From positions 1,088,001-1,152,000 of the forward strand of contig CBDBCZ010000018.1 of assembly GCA_965203295.1 (NCBI GenBank): a stretch of DNA of 64,000 nt, written 5' to 3'. Made by a program: the position numbers and the translations under genes. Origin of the DNA: Nitrospirales bacterium (GTDB lineage Bacteria > Nitrospirota > Nitrospiria > Nitrospirales > UBA8639). Below are positions 1 to 12,488 of this stretch, piece after piece (position 1 is the first letter of the stretch; every line of letters starts with the position of its first letter). The notes under the pieces were generated by a model, which searched no databases, was not told the DNA's origin, and was given only the letters and a program-made list of their open reading frames with translations.

Positions 1-62
1 CCATAATGGAATAAAGAGCTGTCAGGTAGAGAGGAAGTGCGTAGAATTCGAGTTAGACTGCC
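1..62 (-). pseudogene. Fragment of ferritin-like (VioB/RebD-type) gene continuing off the left edge
   Basis: Nearly identical to 41241-41302, which encodes AVQLEFYTLPLYLTALCSIM. Similarity stops at ~62, where the CRE-like sequence begins. Confidence 0.7.
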
Positions 63-1080
63 ACTCCAATATAATTGCCTGCTTGGTAGGGGAGAGGTAA
101 CTTGTAACTTACACGGTATGGTGTGGTAGCAGTCAGTTGCTGCACGGTGGAGATGACAGTGAGTCCAGAGCTGCTAGTCGACTCATCCTTCAGTTGAGAA
201 GGTAGATGTCGGCTGGGCAGCTAGAACCTAGGGTTAAAAATGGTACCTCCTTCCACGGCGCCAGAGAAGTAGATTGCGCTGCTGAGAAAAGTGCATCATG
301 GATAGAGTCGTGTCGATGTATACGGTCCCTGTTACCACCACAGCTTACTTGGTGGTCTTGGTGGTCAATAGCCCCCTGGTAGATTGGGCAGATGGTTCCA
401 CCCTCAAGCATCCTGTGGCCAATTCAAGCCAATAATCCAGAATGCTTTGTCATGTAGATGTTCTCTAAGAGCTGAGGAAGGGACCAATGTGAGCCAGTCA
501 CCGATATGAGGGAGAGAGGAGTATAAGGCTAGGATTTTGAAGTGGGAACGTGGCGAAGGTGGTTGAAGACAGCCTCATGGATCGTGTGAGAGTGGACCCT
601 GTTACACTTTGCATGGGATCGTCCAGATACGTCCAGTACGGTATTACGTTAGGTCGCTGCAGCCTGTTTTATGTGGCTCAGGGGGCATGTTCTCAGAGAG
701 AAGGTCACCTTAGGGAAGGCGAGACAGGAGTGGAGTAGAGTCATTTCAATTTGGGAGTCTTCTAAATCAGGTAGCTTGGATAGGCCATCATTGACTTTCT
801 CCACCCTCTGTAGGACAAAACCTCCCGGAAAGAAACTGGTCCAAAAGGGCAACCTTGGATGGAGAAACCACCCCTGGTGATTGGGATCTTAAGCGGGAGT
901 TAGTTAGGTGTAGGAGAAGTATTGACTGGGACATAGAGGAGTGACTTGGCTCGATTGAAGTGGAGCCCACGGGAGTACCTTCCTCTTCCACGACCTTTGG
1001 GGCAGCTGCCAGGTCACCAGGGGAACCACAGAGGGTGCTGTCATGTAGGTACCAGGTTCTGATGTGCAGGACTACAGCTT
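63..1080 (-). mobile_element. Degenerate non-LTR retrotransposon fragment (CRE-like RT with restriction-like endonuclease region)
   Basis: Minus-strand pieces: WYLHDSTLCGSPGDLAAA..VEEEG (decayed YLDD), LPDLEDSQIEMTLLHSCLAFPKVTFSLRTCP, CPIY..DH.DHQVSCGGNRDRIHRHDSIHDALFSAAQS, PADIYLLN. Multiple frameshifts. Confidence 0.7.
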
Positions 1081-1096
1081 TGATCTTCTCTTTTGT

Positions 1097-1317
1097 TTAA
1101 AATCGGAGACCTATATTACTATCCAGTATAGTATTGAAGCTGCAAATGAGTTAAACCTGGCTGGGTTAACCCTTTAAAGGGCTAATTAAAGTAACCATTT
1201 TGTTTTGCCAGTTAGGTATTTTTTTTTTGCAAACACAAACCGATTACTTTAACCAAGCTAGGTTTAACTCAGTTGCAGCTTTAATACTATGCTTGACAAT
1301 AAGGTCTCCAATTTAAA
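1097..1317. mobile_element. MITE-like element with long imperfect terminal inverted repeats (copy at ~42026-42253)
   Basis: tttaaaatcggagacct...gtattgaagctgcaaatgagttaaacctggctgggttaa versus ttaaccaagctaggtttaactcagttgcagctttaatact...aggtctccaatttaaa. Confidence 0.65.
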
Positions 1318-2405
1318 AAAAAAAAAAAATTAATTATAAGCAAAATCATGAAGGTATATGTAGCTGTGTAGCTACAATTACAGGAATGCTAAAAGTGCAG
1401 CTACACTGTTATTCATCAAATTTACATGTACTGCTGCACTTGTAACATTACCGGTGACCTAACATAATTTGCCATTCTGCCTGAAATTGGAGTAATATTA
1501 GCTGCATAATGTTGGGCAAGTGATGTAATTAATCTGCGTGTATGCACATTTTTAATAGTAAGCTCAGTTGCGCATGCTACTGACTAAGAAATAGCCCTAG
1601 CAGAGTGTTGGTTGAGCAAGGCGTTATAATGTTTGTATCCTTTTGAAATAACACAACTATATTTGAGCCACCCTTCTACCTGGGACTGGAGATCAACTGG
1701 GAGGACTACAGGTAGTTAAATGATTAGTAGCCAAATTATTAATTATAGCTATATGGGCAGTGAACTGGTATTCCGTGTTGATAAATGTGGATCTCTGGGC
1801 TACAGGGACTACCTGTACACAAGACGTGTATGGTACTGGTGGCGTGAGTTAGTCAGTGAGCACTTAAGAGTCAAAGAAGTGTCATGTGAAGGCAATACCT
1901 CACACAAAATGAAAATGTGATTATTTTCATCAGGTAGCATCGCAAATTGCGTCTAGTACCCTTACCCCTCCCGCAAAATGCAGGTGCTGCATCATATCTG
2001 ACAGTGATGAGGACAGTTACTTGTTTACTACTTGTGTACAGGGGTGTCAGTCAATTATCCATTGCCCTGGCTCTTTAGTATGATTAGTATACTAAAAAAT
2101 ACCATGTACATGAATGAACGTACAATAAAAGACTGTCCTTCAACATAGTAGCTATTCGTGCCCTCTTGAATGCTAAACGACTTGGCTTTTGCCTAATGGC
2201 TCGCTTGGTATTATCTGCTATTGCATGCTGTCCACTCTTGTATACATGCCCTATTAATGGTATGTGAAAATCTGTTTATACTTTTGATTTTCAGTTACTT
2301 TCTCCAAATGATAAGAATATAGCAGTGGACTGCTATGGCATTGTAGAGATCTCTGTCATGTCAATCACTCAATTGTTTGCTTGCATGTGCAAGGGGACAC
2401 ATTAA

Positions 2406-2548
2406 CCCTTTACCAATCCTAAGAAACAGCTTAAAGAAGCAGGAAAGCTTGTACAAAGTATTAATGCCTAGTATTAAAGCCCCCATATAAATTTATATGG
2501 GCTTATGGGAGCTCATGGCGCATATATGTGGCATTGATTGGTAAAGAG
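2406..2548 (+). mobile_element. ~143-bp piggyBac-like MITE family 1
   Basis: TTAA-CCCTTTACCA...TGGTAAAGAG-(C/T)TAA. Other copies at 12346-12488, 17346-17488 (reverse), 43364-43506 and a partial one at ~40065-40152. Confidence 0.75.
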
Positions 2549-2687
2549 CTAATAAAGGAGAGTGGCCTAACCCCAAATATACTTACCCCACCCAAATTTG
2601 AGAATACTTGAGAAAGATACTTATATCTACTGTCATAAGATTTCTGTAACCTATATGCTGTGGGTATACTCAGTTACAGTCTGGCTA

Positions 2688-3435
2688 CAAAACAATGCAC
2701 TTAAGTGGATAATGTAGCACCGCAGTTTCTTAAATTTCGGAAAGAATGAAATGCCCATTGAGACAATTATCCCCACCAGGCTTTTTTGTCACATTTTGGG
2801 ATGGAAATGATCATTGTCTCAACTTTACAGAAATCAATACAACAGTACAATAATTTCACATTACAATCATATTCTTAATTGCAAACACACTCTCCTGCGG
2901 TATACAAGGAATGAAATGCCCTGTGGCAAAGCCACAAAATATGAACTCTTTAATTACATTCTTAGTGGTAGATAGGATGCTCTGTTAGCACAGCAGTTTC
3001 TTAAGTTGATCACTGTAGCACCGCAGTTTCTTAAATTTCGGAAGGAATGAAATGCCCATTGAGACAATTATCCCCACTGTGTTTAGTTTGGTTTCCTTGA
3101 GTTATGTGATATTTTGCTATGCCCCTAACTGTGCATGCTGTGGTGCTTGCTGTATGTAACTGAGGCAACCGTGTGCGGGTTAAAGTATTTTGCAGAATGC
3201 CAGAATACAAACACAAGTCTAGCAACAAAACAATGTGCTTAAGTGGATCACTATAGCACCGTAGTTTCTTAAGAAGGAAATGCCCATTGAGACAATTATC
3301 CCCACCAGGCTTTGTTTGGATTCATGTAATGCTATGCCCCTAACTGTGCATGCTTTGGTGCGGGGCTGTATTTAACTGAGGCAACCCTATGTGGGTCAAA
3401 GTATTTTGCAGAATGCCAGAATACAAACACAAGAC
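2688..3435 (+). repeat. Imperfect local tandem duplications (~200-250 bp units)
   Basis: gcaccgcagtttcttaa...gaaatgcccattgagacaattatcccca occurs three times; gtattttgcagaatgccagaatacaaacacaag occurs twice. Confidence 0.7.
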
Positions 3436-4063
3436 TAAACCCTGCAAATTTAAACTTATACCCCTTCCAAACTTGAGAATGCTCTTAAAATGTGTTTCAG
3501 GAGCTACTCATTGACAAAATCTAAGTCGTACGGTATTTACATCTTTAGAATTTTTATGCGTAATTCAAGCAATTTCCAATAATTATTATTTGGGATTGAC
3601 CACCCAAGTTCTTAGCTCTTCTATTATTTGCTGGAAGCAGAAGCAAACTGCTAGTTTGGGTGGACACACACTGCTATCATCGTACATACACTGCTAGTCT
3701 GGGCAGACGGAAACTGCCAGGTGATTACGCTGGCCATACACTATCAGCTAGCAGATTTTGTCCCCATACCGATTTTTCTGCTCAGGTTTTTTCTGCTCAG
3801 GTTCTTGGTAGCTGAGGCTAATCACAGGCTATTTTGATTAGAATTAACTTTATTCATAGCTGATGAAGCGTAAAATTGTATGTATACATGTATAGTTAGC
3901 TAAATGGTACCATCTGGAAATTGGCTACAGTTGTTCGTTTACAACTATACCCCTCCCATTTTATCCAAGTAACTCAGACCTTAGCCTCATTTGTAATCTT
4001 CTTTTTTATTTTCGGAAACAAAAAAGCTTTCTAACAAATGGCAGTGGAGACTTGGAATGAGGC

Positions 4064-4400
4064 TAGTTTCGTTCCCAGACCCTCCATGCATGCCCTGTCA
4101 AAAATTAGGGAAAGGTAGGTAAGGAAGGAGGGTCTGGTAAATGGGCATTGCCGCATGCGTGGTAAAGGAATGTAGTGCAGCCATAGAGTACGCGTATTCA
4201 TTAACCGCACAGGCGCACGTAAGTAAACAGCCTGCCACGTGTTGCAGACACAGCGCATAGGGGTTCCCGCAAACATGCAATTAACGCCAATAATAATATT
4301 ACGTTTTAATTGCTCAGCCAAACTTTCGGCGGAGCGGTGTGAAGTAGTAAGCCCATTTACCAGACCCTCCTTCCTTTTCCTACTTTTCCCTACTTGTTTG
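4064..4400. mobile_element. MITE-like element (TAGTCTCGTTCCCAGAC-type end), right end deleted in this copy
   Basis: Internal inverted repeats ggaaggagggtctggtaaatggg / cccatttaccagaccctccttcc. A complete version is at 44763-45113. Confidence 0.65.
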
Positions 4401-4463
4401 ACTAAATAGCTTATTCTTTCTATTCACACAGGATACCGATTTTTAGTAATAAGTTGCATATTC

Positions 4464-7400
4464 ATGGAGAACAGTTCCACAGTACTACTGCTGACATGGC
4501 AGAAACTCCTCCTGATTCTCATATTGCTGACCTCAAACTCTGGTCAGAGTACATACTACGTCACACCCACACCAGACACACCATGTCCTGGAGAGCCCTG
4601 CCACACCCTCTCTGAGTATGCAGCCGGCCAGTATTTCAGCAACCTCCCAGTGAATATAGCAATGGAGTTCCTTCCTGGCAATCAATCAGGAGACTATCAC
4701 TGTGACTACATTGCAACAACTCACCCTTCATGGAGATCCAGAATTCAGCAGTAGGATTGTATGCACCTGGCCAGCCGGGTTTGTCTTTACTAAGATGTCT
4801 GAGCTGCACATTAGTGCACTGGCCTTCATCTCGTGTGGTCACCACAGGAGTGCTGCAGTGCTTGTGTGGTCAGTACAGCAGGGTGATATCGCAAACTGCA
4901 CCTTCCAGAATAGCATAAACACTGTTGGCAACACTCGTGATTATCAAGGTGGAGCACTGTTTTTAGGGAATAGCACTCTTACACTCACGCGAAACATTTT
5001 TTACAACAACGTAGCCATTTCAGGAGGAGCACTTTATGTAAAGAGTAGCACTCTTATGCTCTCACGAAACGCTTTTTACAACAACTTTGCTACGTATAAC
5101 TCCGCTGGTGATGATGGAGGAGCACTAGTCGCATGGATTAGTAATATCAACCTCACAAGGAATACAGTTCAGAACAACACTGCTTGTGATTCTGGAGGAG
5201 CACAGTATATGTACGATGGCACCCTTCATTCTGTAGGAAATCATTTTCAAAACAGCTATGCTGCCTTTGGGGGTACATTGCACGTGTATAAAAGCCATGC
5301 GACATTGACTGATGATTGCTTTAGTGACAGTTATGCACAGTTCCAGGGTGGTGCAGTCCTCGCAACTTTTAGCAGCATAGTAGACATGCATAATATAACA
5401 ATTGATAATAACAGAGCAGAGTATGGTGGAGGTATGGCTGCAGTGGATAGTCAACTGAAAGTTTTTGAAAACGCCTTTCAGAACAACAGAGCTAGATATG
5501 GTGGAGGACTTTACGTACACAACACAGAATTTAATGGAACTGCAATAATAGCAAACAATTCAGCAAGTGAAGGGGGAGGAGGTATTTACGCATCAATGAG
5601 CACTTTTTCTTTCATGGATAATACAACAATCATTACAAAAAATTCAGCTAAGGATGGTGGAGGATTGCTGCTATCTGGTGATTCTAAACTCTACCAGAAG
5701 TCAGGTTCAGCTGTTCACTTTACAAGTAACAGTGCTATGAGTACTGGAGGTGCCATCAAGGTAGAAGAAAGTGACCCACTAACCTACTGCATTCCACTTA
5801 CGACATCTTTTTATGTGAGCAACAGCGAGTGCTTCTTTCAAATCCAACAAAAAAAGATACATTTTAATCATTTATATCAAGCTGAAAGATACGTCAATTC
5901 CCTCAATATTACGATGTACTTTGACAACAACACAGCTGTGGAAGGAGGTAGTGACTTGCATGGTGGTTCAGTTGATAATTGTAAAATCAACACCTTCATA
6001 TTCAATAAACACTATGAGGATTCTACAGCTCTTTGTGGATACTATTTTGATGCAATGAGTGAAAACAAAACAGTTATTTCTTCTGAACCACTGAATATCT
6101 GCACCTGCAGAGATGGTGTACCAAACTGCAGTGGTGTTTACCACCCTGAGCCTGTGTATCCCGGGGGAATACTGGAGGTCCCAGTCATTGCACAAGGGCA
6201 AAGAAATGGTACAACTACAGCTGTGATACAAGTTGTTGATACATTTAACAACATTAGTATCAGCAACCTTGAATATTCTCAAAACATTAATAGCACTTGT
6301 ACAATCCTCAAGTACACCATACATTCACATGCCACTGATTCCACTCAAGGAATGATTCTTTACGCTCAAGGTCCTTGTTCACCCACTCAGACTAACACTC
6401 TTGCAGTTACTGTGAAAATTCAGTACTGCCCTCCTGGTTTTAATTTATCAATGAATGAACCAGTATGCATTTGTGCTGAAAGACTGAAAAAATTTACAAA
6501 AACGTGCTTAGTAGACAACAAAACAGTGTTACGTGAACACAATGCTGACTTTTGGGTAGGATATGACTTTGACAATGAGTCCCGAGGTTTGATTCTTCAT
6601 CCAAATTGTCCATTTGATTATTGTAAATCAGAAGAAACATACTTGGCAGTTGAAGACAGTGATAAGCAGTGTAACCATAACAGAAGTGGCTTACTATGCG
6701 GAAGATGCAGTGAAAACCTGAGCCTTGTATTGGGCAGCTCCCGCTGTTTGCAGTGCTCCAATTCTTATCTCTCACTCTTAGCTGCATTTGCTTTTGCTGG
6801 CATTGCACTAGTGGTCTTACTTCTGGTTCTGAGGCTGACAGTTGCAGCAGGAACCATGAATGGATTAATCTTCTATGCAAATATTTTACAGGTGAATTCG
6901 ACAATATTCTTTCAACTTCAAAACAAGATTACAAGTGTTCCGATAGGGCTTATAGCTAAATTCTTTAGTGTCTTTATAGCCTGGCTAAACTTGGACCTGG
7001 GAATTGAAACTTGTTTCTACACTGGAATGGATGCTTATGCTAAAACATGGATACAGTTTGCATTTCCTCTCTATGTGTGGGCTCTTGTGGGTTTGATTAT
7101 AGTCGGCAGCCACTACTCAGGAAGAGTGGCAAGTATATTTGGAAGCAATCCTATCGCAGTGTTGACCACACTCTTCCTGCTCTCATACGCCAAACTGCTT
7201 CGCACTATTGTTGCTGCGCTTTCTTTTACATCCCTTGAATATCCCAATAACTTACACATTGCAGTGTGGCTGTATGATGGGAATGTTAGATACCTCAGTG
7301 GCAAGCACATTCCACTCTTCACAGCTGGAATGATCTGCCTGATTTTCCTGTTTTTCCCCTACACAATGCTGCTGATTTTTAGCCAATGGCTCAAGGCCAA

Positions 7401-8004
7401 GTCACATTTAAAAATCTTTGCTTGCTTCAACAGTCGCTACATTAAACACTTCCTGGATGCCTACCATGCACCCTATACAAGCAAACACCGCTACTGGACT
7501 GGAGTGATGCTTCTTTTTCGCTTGGTTTTGTTTCTCGTTTCTGCACTCAATGTACTTGGAGATCCCAGTATCAACCTTCTTGCTATTGTGACTACGGCAA
7601 TATTGATACCTCCTACTCTACTAGGTTGCAGAATCTACAGGTCATGGAGCCTTGGCCTCCTTGAATCATTCTCGATCATCAACCTGGCCATACTTTCTGT
7701 GGCCACTTTATACGTTCGTACCAGTGGAGGCAACCAGAATGCTGTTACAATCACCTCAGTTGGCATAGCTTTTGCAACCTTTACTGGGGTTGTCATCTAC
7801 CACACTGTTCAGCAACTCAAAGGCACCAAGCTGTGGAGGAGAGTGTGCCTGAGGCACGATTACATGAGTGTCCCCCTGATTGATGTGGCCTCAGAACCTG
7901 ATGATGATGACCCACCAGACCGTGTGTTCCTGTCAGGGTGCGCCCCAACCCAGACAATTGTTGATATACGTTTTTTACGAGAACAATGCATGGAGACAAA
8001 CTGA
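4464..8004 (+). pseudogene. Pmp-like repeat (GGA/FxxN beta-helix), Cys-rich, multi-pass membrane protein, copy 1; frameshift near 4683
   Basis: Signal peptide and YYVTPTPDTPCPGEPCHTL in ORF 4464-4754, continuing in the 1100-aa ORF 4702-8004 with GGAL/FxNN repeats, CPPGF, CPFDYC, RSGLLCGRC and several hydrophobic helices (WLNLDLGIETC, DAYHAPY..KHRYWTG). Relative to copy 2 there is a net -5 bp change at ~4683. Confidence 0.85.
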
Positions 8005-8799
8005 ACACATCAATACACACAAAATGAATTGCAGCAGCTACACTACTACTAAATACAAAATAACTATCAAATAATGCAGTGCAAGCTTGCATACACTTTT
8101 AATTTTTTTTTTAATGATCACACTACGTTTCAATTATAAAGTAATGAACAGCAAGCTAGCGCTGTTCACACACAACATAACATAATATTGTGTTAAACGT
8201 ATTTTGTACTTCCCTCATGTGGCTATCATCCATACCCATTTAGACTTTTTTTGTTTGCACATTTGCATCAATTTCATAGTAATCCCTTTTTTACTTGACG
8301 CATATATAATTAAGTTGTAACATAATATGCAGATTTTTGTAGGCACCTGATTATTAATGGTGTTGCTTGTCTTTATGAGTATTAGCACAGTAATGCAGGG
8401 AATAGTCTCACAAGACCAACCACATTCTGCAATGTGGAATGTGGTCTGGCCCACAAGACTAGCTCGGGAATGGGGTACTAAAATGAACAAAATACTTTAC
8501 TCTTCCCTATTGAGTGAATAGTCCACTTTAAAGTGATGCCAGAGAATGGAAATTCAAGTTTCAGCAGGCTGTGTATAAAAATATGCACTGTCAAATATTG
8601 AATTGCAACACATTAATTAACTACAGTGTAACAAACCAAACTCCCAATATCCTCATCCATCCAAGTTTTGGCGCTATTCAGCTCTTTTATCCTGATAGCC
8701 ATCGAGCTTTATTAACACCATCACAATGCAGGGTGCTTCATTGACTGATGATTCAGATTGTGATTGTTGGTCCAACAGGTACAGGTAGCCCTACCTACT

Positions 8800-9055
8800 A
8801 GGTGGAGGCAACCAGAATGTTGTTACGTTGGCCTCAGTTGGCGTAGCTTTTACAACGTTTACTGGGGTTGTCATCTACCACTCTGTTCAACAACGCAAAG
8901 GCACTAGGCTGTGGAGGAAAGTGAGTGTGCCCCGGACTGATGTGGCCTCAGGACCTGAGGACCTACCGGATTGTGTGTTCATGTCAGGGTCTGCCCCAAC
9001 CCAGACTGTGGTGGACTTACGCTTATTACGAGAATCATGCATGGCAACAGAGTGA
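8800..9055 (+). pseudogene. Orphan 3' fragment of a Pmp-like paralog (last TM helix and tail)
   Basis: GGNQNVVTLASVGVAFTTFTGVVIYHSVQQ...APTQTVVDLRLLRESCM parallels 7725-8004. Confidence 0.8.
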
Positions 9056-9954
9056 ACATAAATCAAAGGTGGCTGCAACAATATAACTACTACAACAGTA
9101 TAAAATGACTTCTGCAAAAGATTCCCATTGTAAAATTAACTTGCCTTACACTGGTTCACTTTTTTTATCATCAGCACACAACATGATTATAGTGCATAGC
9201 TAGTGACAAGCATACAAAGTATTCATGCAATATAAAAAGTGTCAAACTGATACTGTTGTGATCAGCAGCAATCATTTTTAGATGACTTGTGTTTCCCTGT
9301 AGAAAACTAGGGAAGTTCTTTCTCTGACACATCTGCATTGCTGGTAAAGATTTAGAGTGGCATGGAGTATCCTGCAGCATGCACGTTGTACGTAGGGCAA
9401 TCTAATTCCCACTATTGTGATTCTAGGCTCAGAAGATAGATAATCCTTTGTTAACGTTCACATGGGAACACTATAGAGCTGTAAAGCTGACCAAAACTTA
9501 GTGTTTGGTATAATAATATCCTCTATGCTGATCGCACTCCGAGGGGAATGGAACTATGTCTTTGTACTGTTTTGCCTATGAACAAAAAAGTTAGCTAGAC
9601 AAACAGTGAGAAAAGATGTTAGCTATGCCACTATGAGCTGCTGTCAGGAGAGCTTTTTAAATATGTCTAGGCAGGTAGCAACAGAGTTTTATCATACACA
9701 TAATGATTTAGTAGTTTTAAAGAAAAGAACTTATCCGAAGGACTGACTATTACAGCATTAAAAGCTTTCAGTTATAATGGACAATCATAGTAGTTCAGTA
9801 GCTAGAAGGAATATTACGTAGCTATATTTATCCAAAGGGAGGACACTGATATGACCATTACAGAATCAAGAGCTTCTATCCACCATGCGTAGCAATTTTA
9901 CCTCTGCAAGTTTGTTTTCAGTTATGTCAATTTCATCATCTGTCATGCAAGTAA

Positions 9955-10089
9955 CCCTTTCACCGGTAGAGACCTGCTTCCATAAGGCCCATATGAATTA
10001 TATGGCGTTTTTATTTTAGGTGTTAATACAAAGTATGGGATTTTGTTTTGTTTCTTTAGGCAGTAAAGTGGCCTATACCGGTGAAAGGG
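9955..10089. mobile_element. piggyBac-like MITE family 2 (copy at ~51005-51139)
   Basis: (g)TAA-CCCTTTCACCGGTA...TACCGGTGAAAGGG-TTAA. Confidence 0.65.
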
Positions 10090-10229
10090 TTAATTACCAT
10101 TGATTTAATCAAAACTACTGCTAACTATGCATGTATCCTATGAATAGGATACCATGGTACACTCAAGATAAATGTGAATACTTTATAGCCACTAAGTGGA
10201 AGTATGATGAGCATAAAGCTTTTACCCAC

Positions 10230-10423
10230 CACTGGAAAAAAAACAACTTAAGTGCATTACAAGGAAAGTTGACAGGAAATCTAGCATTTCAGGTGCAGGG
10301 TAATATAGGATAGGAAATAAATTCCTTTAAAAAATCATGAAATTCTGCCCTACCCTATTCTACCCCGTACCTGAAATGCCAGATTTACTATCAAATTTCC
10401 TTGTAACACATTTTTTGGCTGTG
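10230..10423. mobile_element. MITE-like fold-back element with CAC-type ends
   Basis: ttacaaggaaagttgacaggaaatctagcatttcaggt versus acctgaaatgccagatttactatcaaatttccttgtaa; right end tttggctgtg. Confidence 0.5.
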
Positions 10424-10618
10424 CACTCCTAGTCTCGTGAGCCAGCCCCTCACTAGGATGAGCATGTATCCTGGACTGCTTATATACAATAGAAGAAGCA
10501 GTATAAACTTACTTACAATAGAAAAACTAGTAGCTATAAATAAAAGTCGTGTAGATTTGCCCCTAAAGATGGAGATCTGTGTATTGAATAGTAAGTGGGG
10601 ACTAAAAGTACTAAGAAC

Positions 10619-10712
10619 TTGAAGACAGCCAGCAGGTCGTCACAATAGTTAGGTGATCATAGACGTTGTAGCGAGCACCTAACTATTGTGAAGACCTGCT
10701 GCCTGTCTTCAA
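10619..10712. repeat. Hairpin with 40-bp stem (3 mismatches) and 14-nt loop; copy at 51663-51756
   Basis: ttgaagacagccagcaggtcgtcacaatagttaggtgatc / gagcacctaactattgtgaagacctgctgcctgtcttcaa. Confidence 0.85.
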
Positions 10713-11109
10713 CTGCTGTATTCGGTTTGTGTCATGCTGAATTAGTAGCCATTCTAGATACGCTCATTTTCACAGATTGTTAGGGCTAACTTATTTGCAT
10801 TGGTCGACTCAATGTACAGCGTGCTTGAATAAAGGAATATGTTTATACTATTATTTTATTGGTATAAAAAAAAACATGTATTGCACATGCAAGACCCAGG
10901 AAACGAGGACCTGCTGAATACTAGTCAGATGCTCTTACCAGTAAGCTACTGGAGCCCCTTGGCAGAGGAGCAGTAGGCAAGCTTTATAAAGCCACTAAAT
11001 CTGCTAGTAGCACTTACCAGTTCCAACTGTAATGACTCTCTTATTAGGCCTCTCCTCCCATCCCCTTAGCTATGTGCTCTTCTACTAACAACTCTAAAAT
11101 CTGCCAGTA

Positions 11110-11550
11110 GTTGGACACTCTGCTAATGTCTCATAAGCTAATGGGCACTCTGCTAATGGCTCTTCAACTAATGGGCACTCTGCTAGTGGCTCTTCAACTA
11201 ATGGAAACTCTGCTAGTGTCTCATAAGCTAATGGACACTCTGCTAGTGGCTCTTCACCTAATGGGCACTCTGCTAGTGGCTCTTCAACTAATGGAAACTC
11301 TGCTAGTGTCTCATAAGCTAATGGACAATCTGCTAGTGGCTCTTCACCTAATGGGCACTCTGCTAGTGCCTTTTCAACTAATGGAAACTCTGCTAGTGTC
11401 TCATAAGCTAATGGACACTCTGCTAGTGGCTCTTCACCTAATGGGCACTCTGCTAGTGGCTCTTCAACTAATGGACACTCTGCTAATGTCTCATAAGGTA
11501 ATGGACACTCTGCTAGTGGCTCTTCAACTAATGGAAACTCTGCTAGTGGC
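11110..11550 (+). repeat. 30-bp minisatellite, ~14-15 units, with degenerate units to ~11760
   Basis: Unit atggacactctgctagtggctcttcaacta with variants. Confidence 0.95.
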
Positions 11551-12345
11551 TCTTCAGCTAATTAACTCCAATACCTTTAGTTATATTGTACTATAATATT
11601 GCATCTTCATTTGTGTGTTGTACATATTATTATTATTAATAATAATAATAATGACCTCTGCTAGTGGCTCTTTAACTAATGGATAATCTGCTATGGCTCT
11701 TTAGCTATTGGAAACTGTGCTAGTGGCTGTTCAACTAATGGACACTGCTAGTGGTTCTTAGCTGCGTAACTCTGTCAAATTTAAACTGGTCCTGCTACTG
11801 GAGTGAAAAAAAAAAACACAGTAAGATCTCTTTAGAACACATGCGTAGCTCCATCTCTTCCAATCTTCAAGTTAACTCGGATTTACCTATAGGTTAATCT
11901 CCATATAATACACAAATGTGACATCTTAATCTAGATAACCAAACTCTACTAAAACCCTATATACCATATATTAGACTCCACTCTCAATGACTGACTCACT
12001 AGTCCAGCATGTACACTTTTGTCAGTTCCACCATCAGTAATGCCTGTCCTAAGCCTGTCCGGGTAATTGCAATTCAAGGTACTTATAGCCAGTTATCCAA
12101 TGGGATTTTATAATGTGGAAAAGTATTTGGCCGCTAGCCTTCACACGAGTGTTCCAGTATAATACTTGCTACCCACAACAGCATATTATTATATAGTACT
12201 TACTACCTCACCTTTATTCAAGTAATAATTTTTTGCATTTTATTAAGTAGTTGCACTATCTGCTATCACATGCAGTTGTCAGGATTAATTCCACCATCCA
12301 TCTAGATGTGGTTGAATTCCTAGTGTTATATCTTGGTTGATTTAA

Positions 12346-12488
12346 CCCTTTACCATCCATAAGAAACAGCTTAAAGCAGCAGAATTGCCTGTACTAAGTA
12401 TTAACACCTAATATTAAAACCCCCATATAAATTCATATGGGCTTATGGGAGCTCATGACGCATATATGCGTCATTGGTTGGTAAAGAG
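12346..12488 (+). mobile_element. piggyBac-like MITE family 1, present only in duplicate copy 1
   Basis: Flanked by TTAA on both sides. The matching site in copy 2 (~53890) lacks the element. Confidence 0.85.

Noticed and set aside
5125..7322. Antisense and alternative-frame ORFs overlapping the large genes
   Set aside because: Shadow ORFs; their recurrence only reflects the duplication.
4464..8004. Chlamydial Pmp autotransporter or bacterial contamination
   Set aside because: The C-terminus has alpha-helical TM segments and Cys-rich domains, not a beta-barrel, and the context is eukaryotic.
11111..11596. Leu-rich repetitive ORFs (also 52155-53146)
   Set aside because: A 30-bp period keeps frames open; the frame is not conserved across the longer copy and no gene structure is visible.
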